Source: Opitutia bacterium (lineage in GTDB: Bacteria; Verrucomicrobiota; Verrucomicrobiia; Opitutales; Opitutaceae). Taken from it: 64,000 nucleotides of DNA. The notes under the pieces were generated by a model. That model worked only from the letters and a program-made list of their open reading frames with translations. It had not been told where the DNA came from and searched no databases. How positions within the stretch are numbered: position 1 is the first letter of the stretch; each line of letters opens with the position of its first letter. The DNA is taken from NCBI GenBank assembly GCA_947478395.1, contig CANJVR010000002.1:512001-576000 (forward strand), in the 5' to 3' direction. A program made the position numbers and the translations under genes. Shown here one piece after another: positions 50,307 through 60,856 of this stretch.

Positions 50307-52535
50307 ATGACCTTCGCTTTCTCGCCTCGTCGCACCTTCGTCGGAATATTAGGCGGTTTCCTCGCACTCACGCTTGGCCTGAGCGCTGCATCCGATCGGA
50401 AGTTCACGACCCCGCCGGCGCTTTCGACCGAGGTCAAAACCCTTGTCGGCTTGCTCGCCCAAGCGCATTACAATCGCGACTCGGTCAAAAACTCGGATTT
50501 CGAGCAGGTGATACCGGACTTCATGGCCGAGCTGGACAGCCAGCACTTATTTTTCATCAACAGTGACAAGGCGGCGTTCGCCCGCGGCTACGGGACCAAA
50601 GTCTATGACAACGCCGCTTACCTTGGAAACATCGACGCAGCCTATGAAATTTTTGCGACCTATGAAACCCGCACGCAAAATCGCATCTCTTGGATTCTGG
50701 AAGAATTGAAGAAGGACATCGACCTCGGCATCAACGGCACCTACCGCGCGGACCGCACAAAATCAGATTGGCCCGCCACGGCGGCAGCCGCGGACGACCT
50801 GTGGCGCGATCGGTTAAAATTCGAACTGATTGCCGAGATGCTCAACAAGAAGAGCGTCGACGATGCGAAACAGACGATACGCAAGCGCTACGAGCGCATG
50901 CTGAAAAACCTCACGGAGATCGAAGGAGACGATCTCGCGGAAATTTTCCTCAGCTGCGTCGCCCGACTTTACGATCCTCACTCCAATTATCTTTCCGCCA
51001 AATCCTACGAAGATTTCACGATTCAAATGAAGCTTTCGCTCTTCGGCATTGGCGCGCTGCTGGGAGTCGAAGATGACAACTGCTTCGTTAAGGAAATCGT
51101 CCCCGGCGGGCCCGCGGATCTTGGCCGGCAGCTGAAACCCCAGGATAAGATTATCTCAGTTGCGCAAATCGGCGGAGAACCCGTCGAAGTCATGGGCATG
51201 AAAATCCGCAAGATTGTGGACATGATCCGCGGCGCGAAAGACACCAAGGTACGCCTGATCGTTCAACCTGCCGATGCGACGGATCCTTCCGCGCGGCGGG
51301 AAATTGTCATCACGCGCGACGTGGTGAAGCTTAACTCCGCCCGCGCCCATGCGGCGATATTCCAAGTGCCGAACGCCGCCGATGGCGTGCTCAAGCCGGT
51401 CGGCGTGATCACGCTGCCCACCTTTTACGGTCCCGCCGAAGATGGTGACACCGACGCTAGCGAGAAATCTGGCACAACGGAGGACGTCGCCCGACTCATC
51501 GACCAGCTGACCAAAGCCGGAATTAGCAGCCTCGTACTCGACCTGCGCCACAACGGCGGCGGTTATCTCACCGAGGCGATCGACCTCACCGGACTGTTCA
51601 TCAGCAAAGGCCCGGTGGTTCAGGTGAAAAGCTATTCCGGCGACATTCAAGTGGACCGGGACAACTCCGACAAGATCGCCTACCGTGGCCCGCTCGCGGT
51701 GCTGGTTGATCGCTTCAGCGCTTCCGCTTCGGAGATCGTGACCGGAGCGCTGCAGAACTACGGTCGCGCCATAGTCATCGGCGACAGCTCGACGCACGGC
51801 AAGGGCACCGTGCAGACGGTCGTGGAAATAAAAAACGTGCTCGGTCCCCGCCTCAGCCCGAGCATCGCGAAGTCCGGCGCGGCTAAGATCACGATTCAGA
51901 AATTTTATCTGCCCGGGGGCGCGTCCACCCAACTGAAGGGCGTTGTGCCGGACATCGTGCTCCCCTCAATTAACGAATATCTGCCGATCGGCGAATCCGC
52001 GCTGCCTCACGCGCTTGTGTGGGACCAGATCCCCAGCAGCTCTTTCGATGGCGCTCCGCTCGACGCCAAGATTCTAACCTCGCTTCGCCAAGCCAGCCTC
52101 GAGCGCCAGACTAAGTTGGAGGAGTTTGCTTTCCTCAAAAAGAATATCGAGTGGTTCAAAGGCCGGCAGGAGCAGAAACAATATTCGCTCAATCTCGAGG
52201 AACGTAAGCGCCAGAAGCTTGAGGACGATGCCTTCCGCAAATCGAGCAAGGGGGAGCGTGATCTACTCGCCAAAGGAGATTTCACGTTCAAGGAATATCG
52301 GCTCGGTCCGCCGCTGCCGCCCAAGATCAAGGCGCCCAAAAAAACCGGCGACCTCACTGACGGGGAGGACGACGAAAACGATCTGGGTGTAGACGAAGAC
52401 AACGACGCCTATGCGAAGGTAGACATCCACCTCCGCGAAACACTCCGCGTGCTAAGCGACGCCGTGGCTTTGGCTGCGAACCGTGATTTCTGGGTCAGCA
52501 ATCACCCTCCGCTCACCGCCGCAGGCAAAGGCTGA
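50307..52535 (+). CDS. prc: Carboxy-terminal processing (tail-specific) protease
   Basis: YDPHS, PDZ (GIGA), DLRHNGGG, SASASEI, THGKGTVQ, STQLKGV. Confidence 0.92.
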   Translation: MTFAFSPRRTFVGILGGFLALTLGLSAASDRKFTTPPALSTEVKTLVGLLAQAHYNRDSVKNSDFEQVIPDFMAELDSQHLFFINSDKAAFARGYGTKVYDNAAYLGNIDAAYEIFATYETRTQNRISWILEELKKDIDLGINGTYRADRTKSDWPATAAAADDLWRDRLKFELIAEMLNKKSVDDAKQTIRKRYERMLKNLTEIEGDDLAEIFLSCVARLYDPHSNYLSAKSYEDFTIQMKLSLFGIGALLGVEDDNCFVKEIVPGGPADLGRQLKPQDKIISVAQIGGEPVEVMGMKIRKIVDMIRGAKDTKVRLIVQPADATDPSARREIVITRDVVKLNSARAHAAIFQVPNAADGVLKPVGVITLPTFYGPAEDGDTDASEKSGTTEDVARLIDQLTKAGISSLVLDLRHNGGGYLTEAIDLTGLFISKGPVVQVKSYSGDIQVDRDNSDKIAYRGPLAVLVDRFSASASEIVTGALQNYGRAIVIGDSSTHGKGTVQTVVEIKNVLGPRLSPSIAKSGAAKITIQKFYLPGGASTQLKGVVPDIVLPSINEYLPIGESALPHALVWDQIPSSSFDGAPLDAKILTSLRQASLERQTKLEEFAFLKKNIEWFKGRQEQKQYSLNLEERKRQKLEDDAFRKSSKGERDLLAKGDFTFKEYRLGPPLPPKIKAPKKTGDLTDGEDDENDLGVDEDNDAYAKVDIHLRETLRVLSDAVALAANRDFWVSNHPPLTAAGKG

Positions 52536-52751
52536 ACGCCTTTCGGAATAGCCATTAGGCCCGTGCGCTCACACGCAGCCGGGTCGACCGCGAGCCTACC
52601 GGCCTACGCACGCGCCTAATTCGCGCGGCCCAGCGAGCGTCTTTTGGGTCGACTGCCTCAGTCCCAGCTTAGCCGGTTTTCCATGGTCCGCTGAGAAAAT
52701 CCGGCGCTAGGGCTTACGGCGGACCTCGTCCAACGGATTCCCACGGCGAAC

Positions 52752-53606
52752 TCACAGCGCAGACCACGCGAGAAGGAAACGATCGCGGCGGGTCAAATCC
52801 TGCCGGGATTCCACGCGGGGAAATCCGTTCGAAGCGGCCAGCTGAGCCAATTCCGCGTGATGCGTGATGCCGGTCTCAAGCGCGAGTAGACCGCCCGGCG
52901 CCATGTATTTCGCCGCTCCGAGAACAATGGCCCGCAGATCCGCGATGCCGCCGTCGCCAGAGATCAACGCGCTGGCGGGTTCATGGGCGCTCACTTCGGG
53001 CGCCGCCTCCGCCGTTTCCTGAGCCGAAAGATACGGCGGATTCGCGACAATAAGATCGTAGGGAGCCTCACCGTCCAAATTCGTGAACCAAGAAGAGCGA
53101 ATCCAGCGAACTTTCGCACCGCCCGGAATGCTCGCCGCATTTTCGGCGGCGAGCGCCAAGGCGTCGTCGCTCAGATCTACTCCGGTGACCTCAGCCGCGG
53201 GCAGGGCCACGCCCATTGCGAGGGCGATCGCGCCACTGCCGGTCCCTAAATCGAGCACGCGCGGCGGAGGATTGGCCAAGACTAAGCCGATCACAATCTC
53301 GACCAGCAGCTCTGTTTCCGGACGCGGAATGAGCGCGCGGCGATCGACCTTTAATCGCAGTCCGTGAAAATCCGTTTGGCCGAGAATATATTGCAACGGC
53401 TCGCGCGCGGCCCGCCGGCGGACCAAGGGCCGCACTTTTTCCAACTCCAGCTCGGTCAGCAGGCGCTCGAACTGAAGGTAGAGCTGCATGCGCTTTAAGC
53501 CGAGCGCATGACCGATGAGCAGCTCAGCGTTCAAGCGCGCGGACTCGACGCCCTTCGCGCTCAAAAAATCTGCCGTCTTCTGAATGATTTCGAGGACGGA
53601 GAGCAT
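52752..53606 (-). CDS. prmC: Release factor N5-glutamine methyltransferase
   Basis: LIPRPETE, LDLGTGSG, NPPY; immediately downstream of prfA. Confidence 0.96.
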   Translation of the reverse strand: MLSVLEIIQKTADFLSAKGVESARLNAELLIGHALGLKRMQLYLQFERLLTELELEKVRPLVRRRAAREPLQYILGQTDFHGLRLKVDRRALIPRPETELLVEIVIGLVLANPPPRVLDLGTGSGAIALAMGVALPAAEVTGVDLSDDALALAAENAASIPGGAKVRWIRSSWFTNLDGEAPYDLIVANPPYLSAQETAEAAPEVSAHEPASALISGDGGIADLRAIVLGAAKYMAPGGLLALETGITHHAELAQLAASNGFPRVESRQDLTRRDRFLLAWSAL

Positions 53607-53607
53607 C

Positions 53608-54726
53608 TTAGTCCTCATCCGCATTCGCTCGCGGCGGGGTGTAACTTTGGCCGGTCAGCGCGGCAAACTTCTGTTCATAGTCCGCCTTCTGCAGCGCCTC
53701 GATGATCTCATCGATCCGCCCCTCCATAATCTGCGGCAGGCTATACAAGGTGAGCCCGATTCGGTGTTCCGTCACGCGGTTCTGCAGGAAGTGATACGTG
53801 CGGATGCGTTCGCTGCGGTCACCTGAACCGATCTGATTGCGACGCACCGCAGCGTATTTCGCGTGCTCTTCGTCCTGCCGCCGCTGCAGCAGTCGTGAAC
53901 GCAGCACGGTCATCGCCTTCGCTTTGTTTTTGATCTGCGAACGTTCGTCCGCACACGTCACGATCAAGCCCGTGGGCTTGTGCAAAATCTGGACCGCGGA
54001 ATCCGTGGTGTTGACGCCCTGCCCACCCGGACCGCTGGCCCGCGCCACCGTGATTTCCAGTTCCTGCGGATCGATCACGACGTCGACCTCCTCCGCCTCC
54101 GGCAGCACAGCAACCGTCACCGTAGACGTGTGAATCCGCCCGTTCGCCTCGGTCACCGGCACGCGTTTCACGCGATGCACACCGCTTTCGAATTTAAACT
54201 GCTTATAGACGTCCGTGCCGGTGATGAGGAAAATCACCTCCTTGAAGCCACCGCGTTCCGACTGACTGCTGCTCATCGGCTGGATTTTCCAACCGCGGGC
54301 GTCGGCGTAGCGCGAGTAGAGGCGGAATAATTCCGCCGCGAACAGGCTCGCTTCGTCGCCGCCCGAGCCGGCGCGAATTTCCATGACGGTGTTACGCGAG
54401 TCGGTCGGGTCTGGTGGAATCATCGCGCTCAACACCGACTGCCGCAGGGCCTCGGCGCGTCGCACCAGCTGGGGGAGTTCATCGGCCGCGAGCTCGCGCA
54501 TTTCCCGATCGGCCGTGCCATCCTTGGCCAACGCCGTGGCCTCGGAGAGCTCGCGCAGGAGCCGTTCGTGCAGCCGAAAATCCTCCACCAATTTTTGCAG
54601 TTTCTGATGCTCCCGCGTGACGTCGGCCGCGCGGCGGGAATTGGCGTAGAACGAGGGATCCGCCATCTGCGCATCGAGTTCGTCGAGGCGGCGTTGAAAC
54701 GGGGAGATGTCGGGCAGAACTTCCAT
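53608..54726 (-). CDS. prfA: Peptide chain release factor 1 with atypical motif residues
   Basis: PVT tripeptide, GPGGQGVN, GDRSE; operon with prmC. Confidence 0.95.
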   Translation of the reverse strand: MEVLPDISPFQRRLDELDAQMADPSFYANSRRAADVTREHQKLQKLVEDFRLHERLLRELSEATALAKDGTADREMRELAADELPQLVRRAEALRQSVLSAMIPPDPTDSRNTVMEIRAGSGGDEASLFAAELFRLYSRYADARGWKIQPMSSSQSERGGFKEVIFLITGTDVYKQFKFESGVHRVKRVPVTEANGRIHTSTVTVAVLPEAEEVDVVIDPQELEITVARASGPGGQGVNTTDSAVQILHKPTGLIVTCADERSQIKNKAKAMTVLRSRLLQRRQDEEHAKYAAVRRNQIGSGDRSERIRTYHFLQNRVTEHRIGLTLYSLPQIMEGRIDEIIEALQKADYEQKFAALTGQSYTPPRANADED

Positions 54727-54849
54727 GAACGAAAAATAGAAAACGATAAAGGCGGGACCACGATTTGCGAATTGCGCGAGTCGCGCGCAGCGGCTTGTGT
54801 GCGACTCTGCGCCGCACGAGGCATGTCTGCCTAGCGGTGTTGATCAGCA

Positions 54850-55875
54850 ATGGCCACGACGCTCTTCACTCAAAACACCATCGCCTGCATCTGGGATTTC
54901 GACAAGACCTTAATCCCCGATTACATGCAATCGCCGCTCTTCCGGCGCTACGGGATCGACGAGGCGACGTTCTGGGCCGAGACCAATCAGCTGGCGGCCC
55001 GCTACAAGGAACGCGGTTACCATCTCTCGCCCGAAATTGCCTACCTGAATCATCTGCTCACGTATGTGCACGAGGGCCCGCTGCGGGGCTTGAATAATAA
55101 AATCCTCTTCGAATGCGGCGCCGACATTAAGTTTTACGCCGGGCTGCCGGATTTCTTCGAGCGCTCAAAAGCTTATGTCCAGGACCGACCTGAATATCAA
55201 AAGCACGAAATCTCCCTCGAGCACTACGTCGTCAGCACCGGCATCGCGCCGATGGTTCGAGGCAGCGCAATCGCACCACAGCTCGACGGCGTGTGGGCTT
55301 GCGAGTTCATCGAAAATCCACTGCAGCCTGGCTTTCTGAAGCAAAAGGAGTTTCCGCTCGAGGCGTCCGCCGAAATTGCGCAGATCGGCATGGTCATCGA
55401 CAACACGACCAAAACGCGCGCGATTTTTGAAATCAACAAGGGCACCAACAAAAATCCCGCGATCGACGTGAACTCACAGATGGCCGCGGAGGATCGCCGC
55501 ATTCCGTTTCAGAACATGATCTACATCGCCGACGGCCCGAGCGATGTGCCCAGCTTTTCTGTGGTCAAGGGCAACGGCGGCAAAGCCTTTGCAGTCTACA
55601 ACCCGGCGAAGCCCGAGGAGTTCGCCCAAAACGACCGCCTGCGCCAATCGGGCCGCATCGATCACTACGGTCCCGCGGACTACACGGAAGCAAGCAGCAC
55701 GGCCCAATGGGTGCGCATGCACATCCACCAGATTTGCGATCGGATCGTGGCGGATCGCGAAACCGCGGTCGCACTGAAGGCATCCAAGCCGCCCCGCCAT
55801 CTCAACGCCACGCCCGAGGAAGAAGCGCTAGGGCGCGCCAAAAAAATACCGAAGCAGGCGTCATTTCTGGAATAA
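54850..55875 (+). CDS. HAD-like hydrolase
   Basis: WDFDKTL, VVSTG, TTKT, YIADGPSDVP. Confidence 0.85.
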   Translation: MATTLFTQNTIACIWDFDKTLIPDYMQSPLFRRYGIDEATFWAETNQLAARYKERGYHLSPEIAYLNHLLTYVHEGPLRGLNNKILFECGADIKFYAGLPDFFERSKAYVQDRPEYQKHEISLEHYVVSTGIAPMVRGSAIAPQLDGVWACEFIENPLQPGFLKQKEFPLEASAEIAQIGMVIDNTTKTRAIFEINKGTNKNPAIDVNSQMAAEDRRIPFQNMIYIADGPSDVPSFSVVKGNGGKAFAVYNPAKPEEFAQNDRLRQSGRIDHYGPADYTEASSTAQWVRMHIHQICDRIVADRETAVALKASKPPRHLNATPEEEALGRAKKIPKQASFLE

Positions 55876-55998
55876 TCGGAGCGGATCGACGCGCTCTCTG
55901 GAGTATTTTTCGCGGAGCGAAAACCCCTCCAGCCTTTCCGCGGTCTCCCCCGCAACGCACACGCGTTTCTTTCCACCGCGTACTCAATTCGACGTCAG

Positions 55999-56520
55999 CT
56001 ACCGCCTGCTCAATTCCGAAGCTAGGTTATCGGCACGGGTCGCGTAGTTCCAACTCGCCGCGGGTGCCCGGCCCCTAATCACCGCGGTGAGGCCCGCGTT
56101 CCAAGCAAGCGCAATGTTGAAGGTGCTCGGCTCCAAACCCGCGTGAACCAATCGGCTTTTCAACCATTCATAATGAAGAATCGCGACCTCATCGGAGGCT
56201 TTGCGCTCGAGGGCCGCTCGAAACGGCCGGCGAGTGTGCATGGCCCAAGTACCGCTCCGAAATTGATAGGCTCCTAGTTCTCCGTGACGACCCGGGCGCG
56301 AGGTGTCCGACGGATTTTCCAAGGAATGGATCGACTGCAACACGTCCCATCGTGAAGCCGCTTGAAGCGGTGCCGTGCCAATCAGGGCCGCAAGGACCGA
56401 TGCCTCCAAGACGATCCAAGCGCGGACGATCCGATGGTGAAAAATCCCGTTAAACGCTTTAACCGCACCAATGGCGGTGCGATCGATCCAGCCTGGCAAC
56501 GCGCAGTCGTTGGTTTTCAT
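55999..56520 (-). CDS. Exported lysozyme-like / lytic transglycosylase-fold protein
   Basis: Hydrophobic leader, IHSLEN (candidate catalytic Glu), GAYQF, LAWNAG. Start uncertain. Confidence 0.6.
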   Translation of the reverse strand: MKTNDCALPGWIDRTAIGAVKAFNGIFHHRIVRAWIVLEASVLAALIGTAPLQAASRWDVLQSIHSLENPSDTSRPGRHGELGAYQFRSGTWAMHTRRPFRAALERKASDEVAILHYEWLKSRLVHAGLEPSTFNIALAWNAGLTAVIRGRAPAASWNYATRADNLASELSRR

Positions 56521-56632
56521 GGCTCCTACCGAGACTGAACTTTCCGCCGGCTGTTCTTTAAATTTTTAGCAAAAATCGACCTTCAGCTGGGAACTTTCCG
56601 AGGCGGCATCAACCGAGCAAACCGCTGCAGTT

Positions 56633-56660
56633 GGCGCGGGACTTAGCGGTCGCGCCTACC
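56633..56660 (-). repeat. Single GTAG-type REP directly after a stop codon
   Basis: Minus strand reads TGA-GGTAGGCGCGACCGCTAAGTCCCGCGCC, with a ggcgcg/cgcgcc stem. Confidence 0.45.
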
Positions 56661-59333
56661 TCACTGATCCAGATTTGCGATCAATTGCGCGACGAGCGCG
56701 GTCCACCCCGTCTGATGGCTCGCACCGAGACCCTGTCCCGTATCGCCGTGGAAATACTCATGAAACCACAGCAGCTCCTGCCAGTGAGGATCGCTCACAA
56801 AGCGCGGCTCCATGCCCAAGGCCGGCCGCCGTCCTCCGCCATTTGGCAAAAATAATCCCACCAAACGCTGCCCTAATTCGCGCGCGATTTGCGCGAGATT
56901 CATCCGATTTCCCGAACCGGTCGGGAATTCCATCGTGAAGGTGTCCCCGTAAAAATGATGATATCGTTCCAACGACTCGATCAGCAGATAGTTCATCGGC
57001 AGCCACACCGGCCCGCGCCAGTTCGAGTTGCCGCCAAACAGCCAGGTGCGCGACTCGCCCGGCTCGTAGCCGACGCGGTACTCCGCCCCACCCGCGCTGA
57101 GCACAAACGGTCGTTCCGCGTAAGCCCGCGACAGTGATCGCACCCCGTGCGGCGACAGGAATTCCTTTTCGTCGAAAACATAGCGCAGCACGCGCTCCAG
57201 CCGCTCCCGCGACGGAATAGCCAGCAGACGTCGACCCGCGTCCCGCCCATCGCGGGCAAGATAGGATATCTGCGCCGAGAGTTCCTTGCGGTTTTCCAAA
57301 AACCAGCGCGTTCGTTTCGCAAACCCGGGCAAGCGGTCCAGCCGGCCCTCTTCGATATATTCCACCGCGAATAACGGCACGATCCCGACCAACGAGCGCA
57401 ACCGCACCGGATGCGCCCGCCCTTCGAGCAGCAGCTGGTCGTAATAAAATCCGTCCTCCTCGTGCCACAGGCCTGTCCCGCCGAGATTGTTCATCGCATC
57501 GGCGATCGAGACGAAATGTTCAAAGAATTTTGAAGCGATGTCCTCGTAGCCGGGATCGCCCTCCGCCAGTTCGAGCGACATCGAGAGCATCGTGCCGCAG
57601 TAAAACGCCATCCACGCCGTGCCATCCGCCTGCTCAAGCGAGCCCCCCGTCGGTAGCGGCTTCGAACGATCGAACACCCCGATGTTATCCAGCCCCAGGA
57701 ATCCGCCGCTGAAAATATGGCGACCGCCCGGGTCCTTCCGATTCACCCACCAGGTAAAATTGATCAGAAGTTTTTGAAACACACGCGCCAGCCAGACGCG
57801 GTCGCGCGCCCCGCGCGGTCCGGTCATTTTGTAAACCCGCCAGCAGGCCCACGCGTGCACCGGCGGATTGACGTCGGAAAAATTCCACTCGTACGCCGGC
57901 ATCTGCCCGTTTGGGTGCATGTACCATTCCCGCAGGAGTAAATTGAGCTGGCCCTTCGCGAATACCGGATCGATCCGCGCCATCGGGATCATGTGAAACG
58001 CCAAGTCCCAAGCGGCGAACCAAGGATACTCCCACTTGTCCGGCATCGAGATGACATCGCGCGCAAACAAATGCGGCCAGTCGCTGTTGCGGCCCGTCTT
58101 GCGCGCTTCCGACGGGCGCGGCTGCTCGGGATCGCCCTCCAACCAGTCTTTCACCACGTAATGATAAAACTGTTTCGACCAAAGCAATCCGGCGTAGGCC
58201 TGACGCGAAACCGGTTTCGCCGCGGGCACCTTGTTGGCCGCATCGCCTTCGACGGCTGCGTAAAACTTGTCCGCCTCCCTCCGCCGCGTCGAAATCGTAT
58301 CGTCGAAATTCCTCCCGAACGCCGCCCGCGGTGCCGCGCTTTCCGCGTACAGCCGCAAGCGCAACACCCGCTCCTCTCCTGGCGCGAGGGTGAGCTTTTG
58401 ATGAGCCGCACACTTCGTCCCGACCCGTGCGGGATTCACGGCGTCGCTGCGCTGAGAAACCACGTAGTCGTGAAACGCATCCTTCGGGTACTTGGGCGAC
58501 GTCTCCGACCCAAACAAGCGCCGCGCGTTGGTTTCGTTTTCCGCGAAGATCAGTTGCCCCGCCCCGGCCGCCGTCGGTTCCACCTCGAGGAAGAAGCGCC
58601 CCAGCGAAACGTGATCGCACTGCACCTTCACGTCACTCACCGCCCGCAGCTTCGGCTTGATCTCGCAGCCTTCGTGCCGGCAGCCCCACGACCAGGAATT
58701 CCGAAACCACAACGTCGGCAGCACATGAATTTCCGCCGGCTCCGATCCGCGATTGGCCACCGTGATTTGGATGCAGATGTCATCCGGACCCGCTTTCGCG
58801 TAGATCGCTTCAACGTCGAAATAGCGCTCGCCGTCGAAAACCCCGGTGTCGAGTAATTCGTATTCGCCCTCATCCCGGCCGCGCCGCCGACTTTCTGCCC
58901 GCAACCGCTCGTAGGGAAACGCCGCCTGTGGATATTTGTAGAGCGCGCGCAACCATGAGCCCGTCGGCGTCGCATCGAGATAAAAATAGCACTCCTTTAC
59001 GTCCTCGCCGTGATTTCCCTCGGGGCCGGTGAGACCAAACAGCCGTTCCTTCAAAAACGGATCCCGTCCGTTCCAGAGCGCGAGCGAGAAGCAGAGGCGG
59101 CACTCCCGGTCGGTAATGCCCAGCAGGCCGTCTTCTCCCCAGCGGTAAGCCCGGGCCATCGCCTGCTCGTGGGTGAAGTAGCCCCAGCTTTCGCCGTCAG
59201 GCGAATAATCCTCGCGCACCGTGCCCCACTGCCGCTCACCAAGGTAAGGCCCCCAGCGCTGCCAGTTTTTTTCCCGGCTGGCGTCTTCCTCGAGGCGAAG
59301 GTGTTCGGGCGTTTTCGCGGGACTCTTCGGCAT
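56661..59333 (-). CDS. MGH1-like glycoside hydrolase (GH63-like glucosidase)
   Basis: WGPYLGERQWGTVREDYS, SMPDKWEYPWFAAWD, GGFLGLDNI, GNSNWRGP, EYFHGD..GASHQTGWT. Confidence 0.92.
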   Translation of the reverse strand: MPKSPAKTPEHLRLEEDASREKNWQRWGPYLGERQWGTVREDYSPDGESWGYFTHEQAMARAYRWGEDGLLGITDRECRLCFSLALWNGRDPFLKERLFGLTGPEGNHGEDVKECYFYLDATPTGSWLRALYKYPQAAFPYERLRAESRRRGRDEGEYELLDTGVFDGERYFDVEAIYAKAGPDDICIQITVANRGSEPAEIHVLPTLWFRNSWSWGCRHEGCEIKPKLRAVSDVKVQCDHVSLGRFFLEVEPTAAGAGQLIFAENETNARRLFGSETSPKYPKDAFHDYVVSQRSDAVNPARVGTKCAAHQKLTLAPGEERVLRLRLYAESAAPRAAFGRNFDDTISTRRREADKFYAAVEGDAANKVPAAKPVSRQAYAGLLWSKQFYHYVVKDWLEGDPEQPRPSEARKTGRNSDWPHLFARDVISMPDKWEYPWFAAWDLAFHMIPMARIDPVFAKGQLNLLLREWYMHPNGQMPAYEWNFSDVNPPVHAWACWRVYKMTGPRGARDRVWLARVFQKLLINFTWWVNRKDPGGRHIFSGGFLGLDNIGVFDRSKPLPTGGSLEQADGTAWMAFYCGTMLSMSLELAEGDPGYEDIASKFFEHFVSIADAMNNLGGTGLWHEEDGFYYDQLLLEGRAHPVRLRSLVGIVPLFAVEYIEEGRLDRLPGFAKRTRWFLENRKELSAQISYLARDGRDAGRRLLAIPSRERLERVLRYVFDEKEFLSPHGVRSLSRAYAERPFVLSAGGAEYRVGYEPGESRTWLFGGNSNWRGPVWLPMNYLLIESLERYHHFYGDTFTMEFPTGSGNRMNLAQIARELGQRLVGLFLPNGGGRRPALGMEPRFVSDPHWQELLWFHEYFHGDTGQGLGASHQTGWTALVAQLIANLDQ

Positions 59334-59568
59334 TAGAGAGAGGCAGGATTCTACGTTCAGGCCGCTTAATCGAGCCGATTTCCCTAGCGTGTTAACCGTC
59401 TGCGCGACCCCGCTTACTGCGAACCGCCGGACGCCTAGCAGTTGGCGGCACGCGGGCCGAAAAATACCGGCTGCAATCGGCGCGCTGGAACGATCGTCGA
59501 CGGCGAAAGGAATTTTTGCGCCTCATCACGGCCATCCCTTCCGAAGTTTCTTAGTCGCTTCTTACGCC

Positions 59569-60618
59569 TCAACCCAAACGCCGACCCGGCCACGTTTCCG
59601 CGCGACGCCAAAACTCATCTGTCCGTCCGCCATAGTAGCCGCTGAGCACCGTGTCCATCACCTGCGACGCTCGCGCACCCGACACCCCCGTGCTGGGGCA
59701 GACGCCTCGTCCCAGCAAATCGTCTACGACGCTCTGGATCAGTGGTTGCGCCACGTGCGGCGGGTTCGGGCGGTCAAACGTCTCAACACCCTGCGCCGTG
59801 GTGAGTCGCACCGGGTCGTGGCCGAAAACCGAAAAAGCCACTTCGCCCAGTGTGCCGGTGAGACGCATGGTGTCGTCGCGCGCGGCGCTGGTGAAATTCC
59901 ATACGCCGGATCCGAACGTCCCGCCCATGACCTTGAAATTCGCCTCTACCACATCTTCTACCGCATAGTTCGACGCCAGATTTGCCGCCCGGCCGGTGAC
60001 GTCTTCCAGCGGCCCGAGCAAATAGTCGAACAGGTCGATGACGTGTGATCCCATATCAAGAAAATGTCCGGCACCCGCCGTCGCGACGTTCACGCGCCAG
60101 CTGTCGCCCGAAACATGAAACGGCGCGGCAAAACGATAACTCACCCCCGTAAGCGTGCCCAGCCGCCCGCTTTTCAAAAACTCTTCCACCAACAAAAACC
60201 GCGCGAGCCGGCGACGATAATACGCCACAAACAGCGGTAGCTTCGCCGCCGCGAACGCCGCCACCATCCGCTCGCACTCCGGCGCGTGACGCGCCATCGG
60301 CTTTTCGACGTACGCCGGTTTACCCGCCGCTGCGACCTTCAGCGCGTAATCCGCATGAGAATCGGGCGGTGTCGCGATGTAAACCGCGTCGACCTCGGGA
60401 TCGGCGATCAGCTCGTCCGCATTCGCATACCAACGGGCGACGCCGTGGCGCTGCGCGTAGTCTGCCGCCTTGGCAGCGTCGCGCCGCATCACCGCCACAA
60501 GTTTCGATCCGGTCGCTTTTTGAAAGCCCGGACCGCTTTTGACTTCAGTGACATCGCCGCAGCCGACGATACCCCAACGCACGACACTGCGACCGGAAAA
60601 AAAAGCGGGGTTACTCAT
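59569..60618 (-). CDS. Gfo/Idh/MocA family oxidoreductase
   Basis: WGIVGCG, YIATPP, YVEKP, AYYRR, DMGSH. Confidence 0.92.
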   Translation of the reverse strand: MSNPAFFSGRSVVRWGIVGCGDVTEVKSGPGFQKATGSKLVAVMRRDAAKAADYAQRHGVARWYANADELIADPEVDAVYIATPPDSHADYALKVAAAGKPAYVEKPMARHAPECERMVAAFAAAKLPLFVAYYRRRLARFLLVEEFLKSGRLGTLTGVSYRFAAPFHVSGDSWRVNVATAGAGHFLDMGSHVIDLFDYLLGPLEDVTGRAANLASNYAVEDVVEANFKVMGGTFGSGVWNFTSAARDDTMRLTGTLGEVAFSVFGHDPVRLTTAQGVETFDRPNPPHVAQPLIQSVVDDLLGRGVCPSTGVSGARASQVMDTVLSGYYGGRTDEFWRRAETWPGRRLG

Positions 60619-60856
60619 TCCGGCACGGTGCAGGCCGGTCCGCGCCGCTCAAATATTAAAGTGCGTCAGCCAGTCCAAAAGAGATTTTACCTACCGCCGC
60701 GTTCCGCATCACAACATCGACCCGTCGGGCGCGAACCGCGTTCTACATGCGGGATGGACTGCAGAGCCCAGATGCCGGGAAACTATTCCCGGGCTTTGTT
60801 GCAATTTTGTCGTTGCGGGAAGTGCAAGCGCCGGAGCAATCCCTACCTTCCGACCG

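Noticed and set aside
53608..54726. Amber (TAG) reassignment suggested by the odd RF1
   Set aside because: TAG ends several genes at their expected C-termini, and no gene in the window is split by an in-frame TAG.
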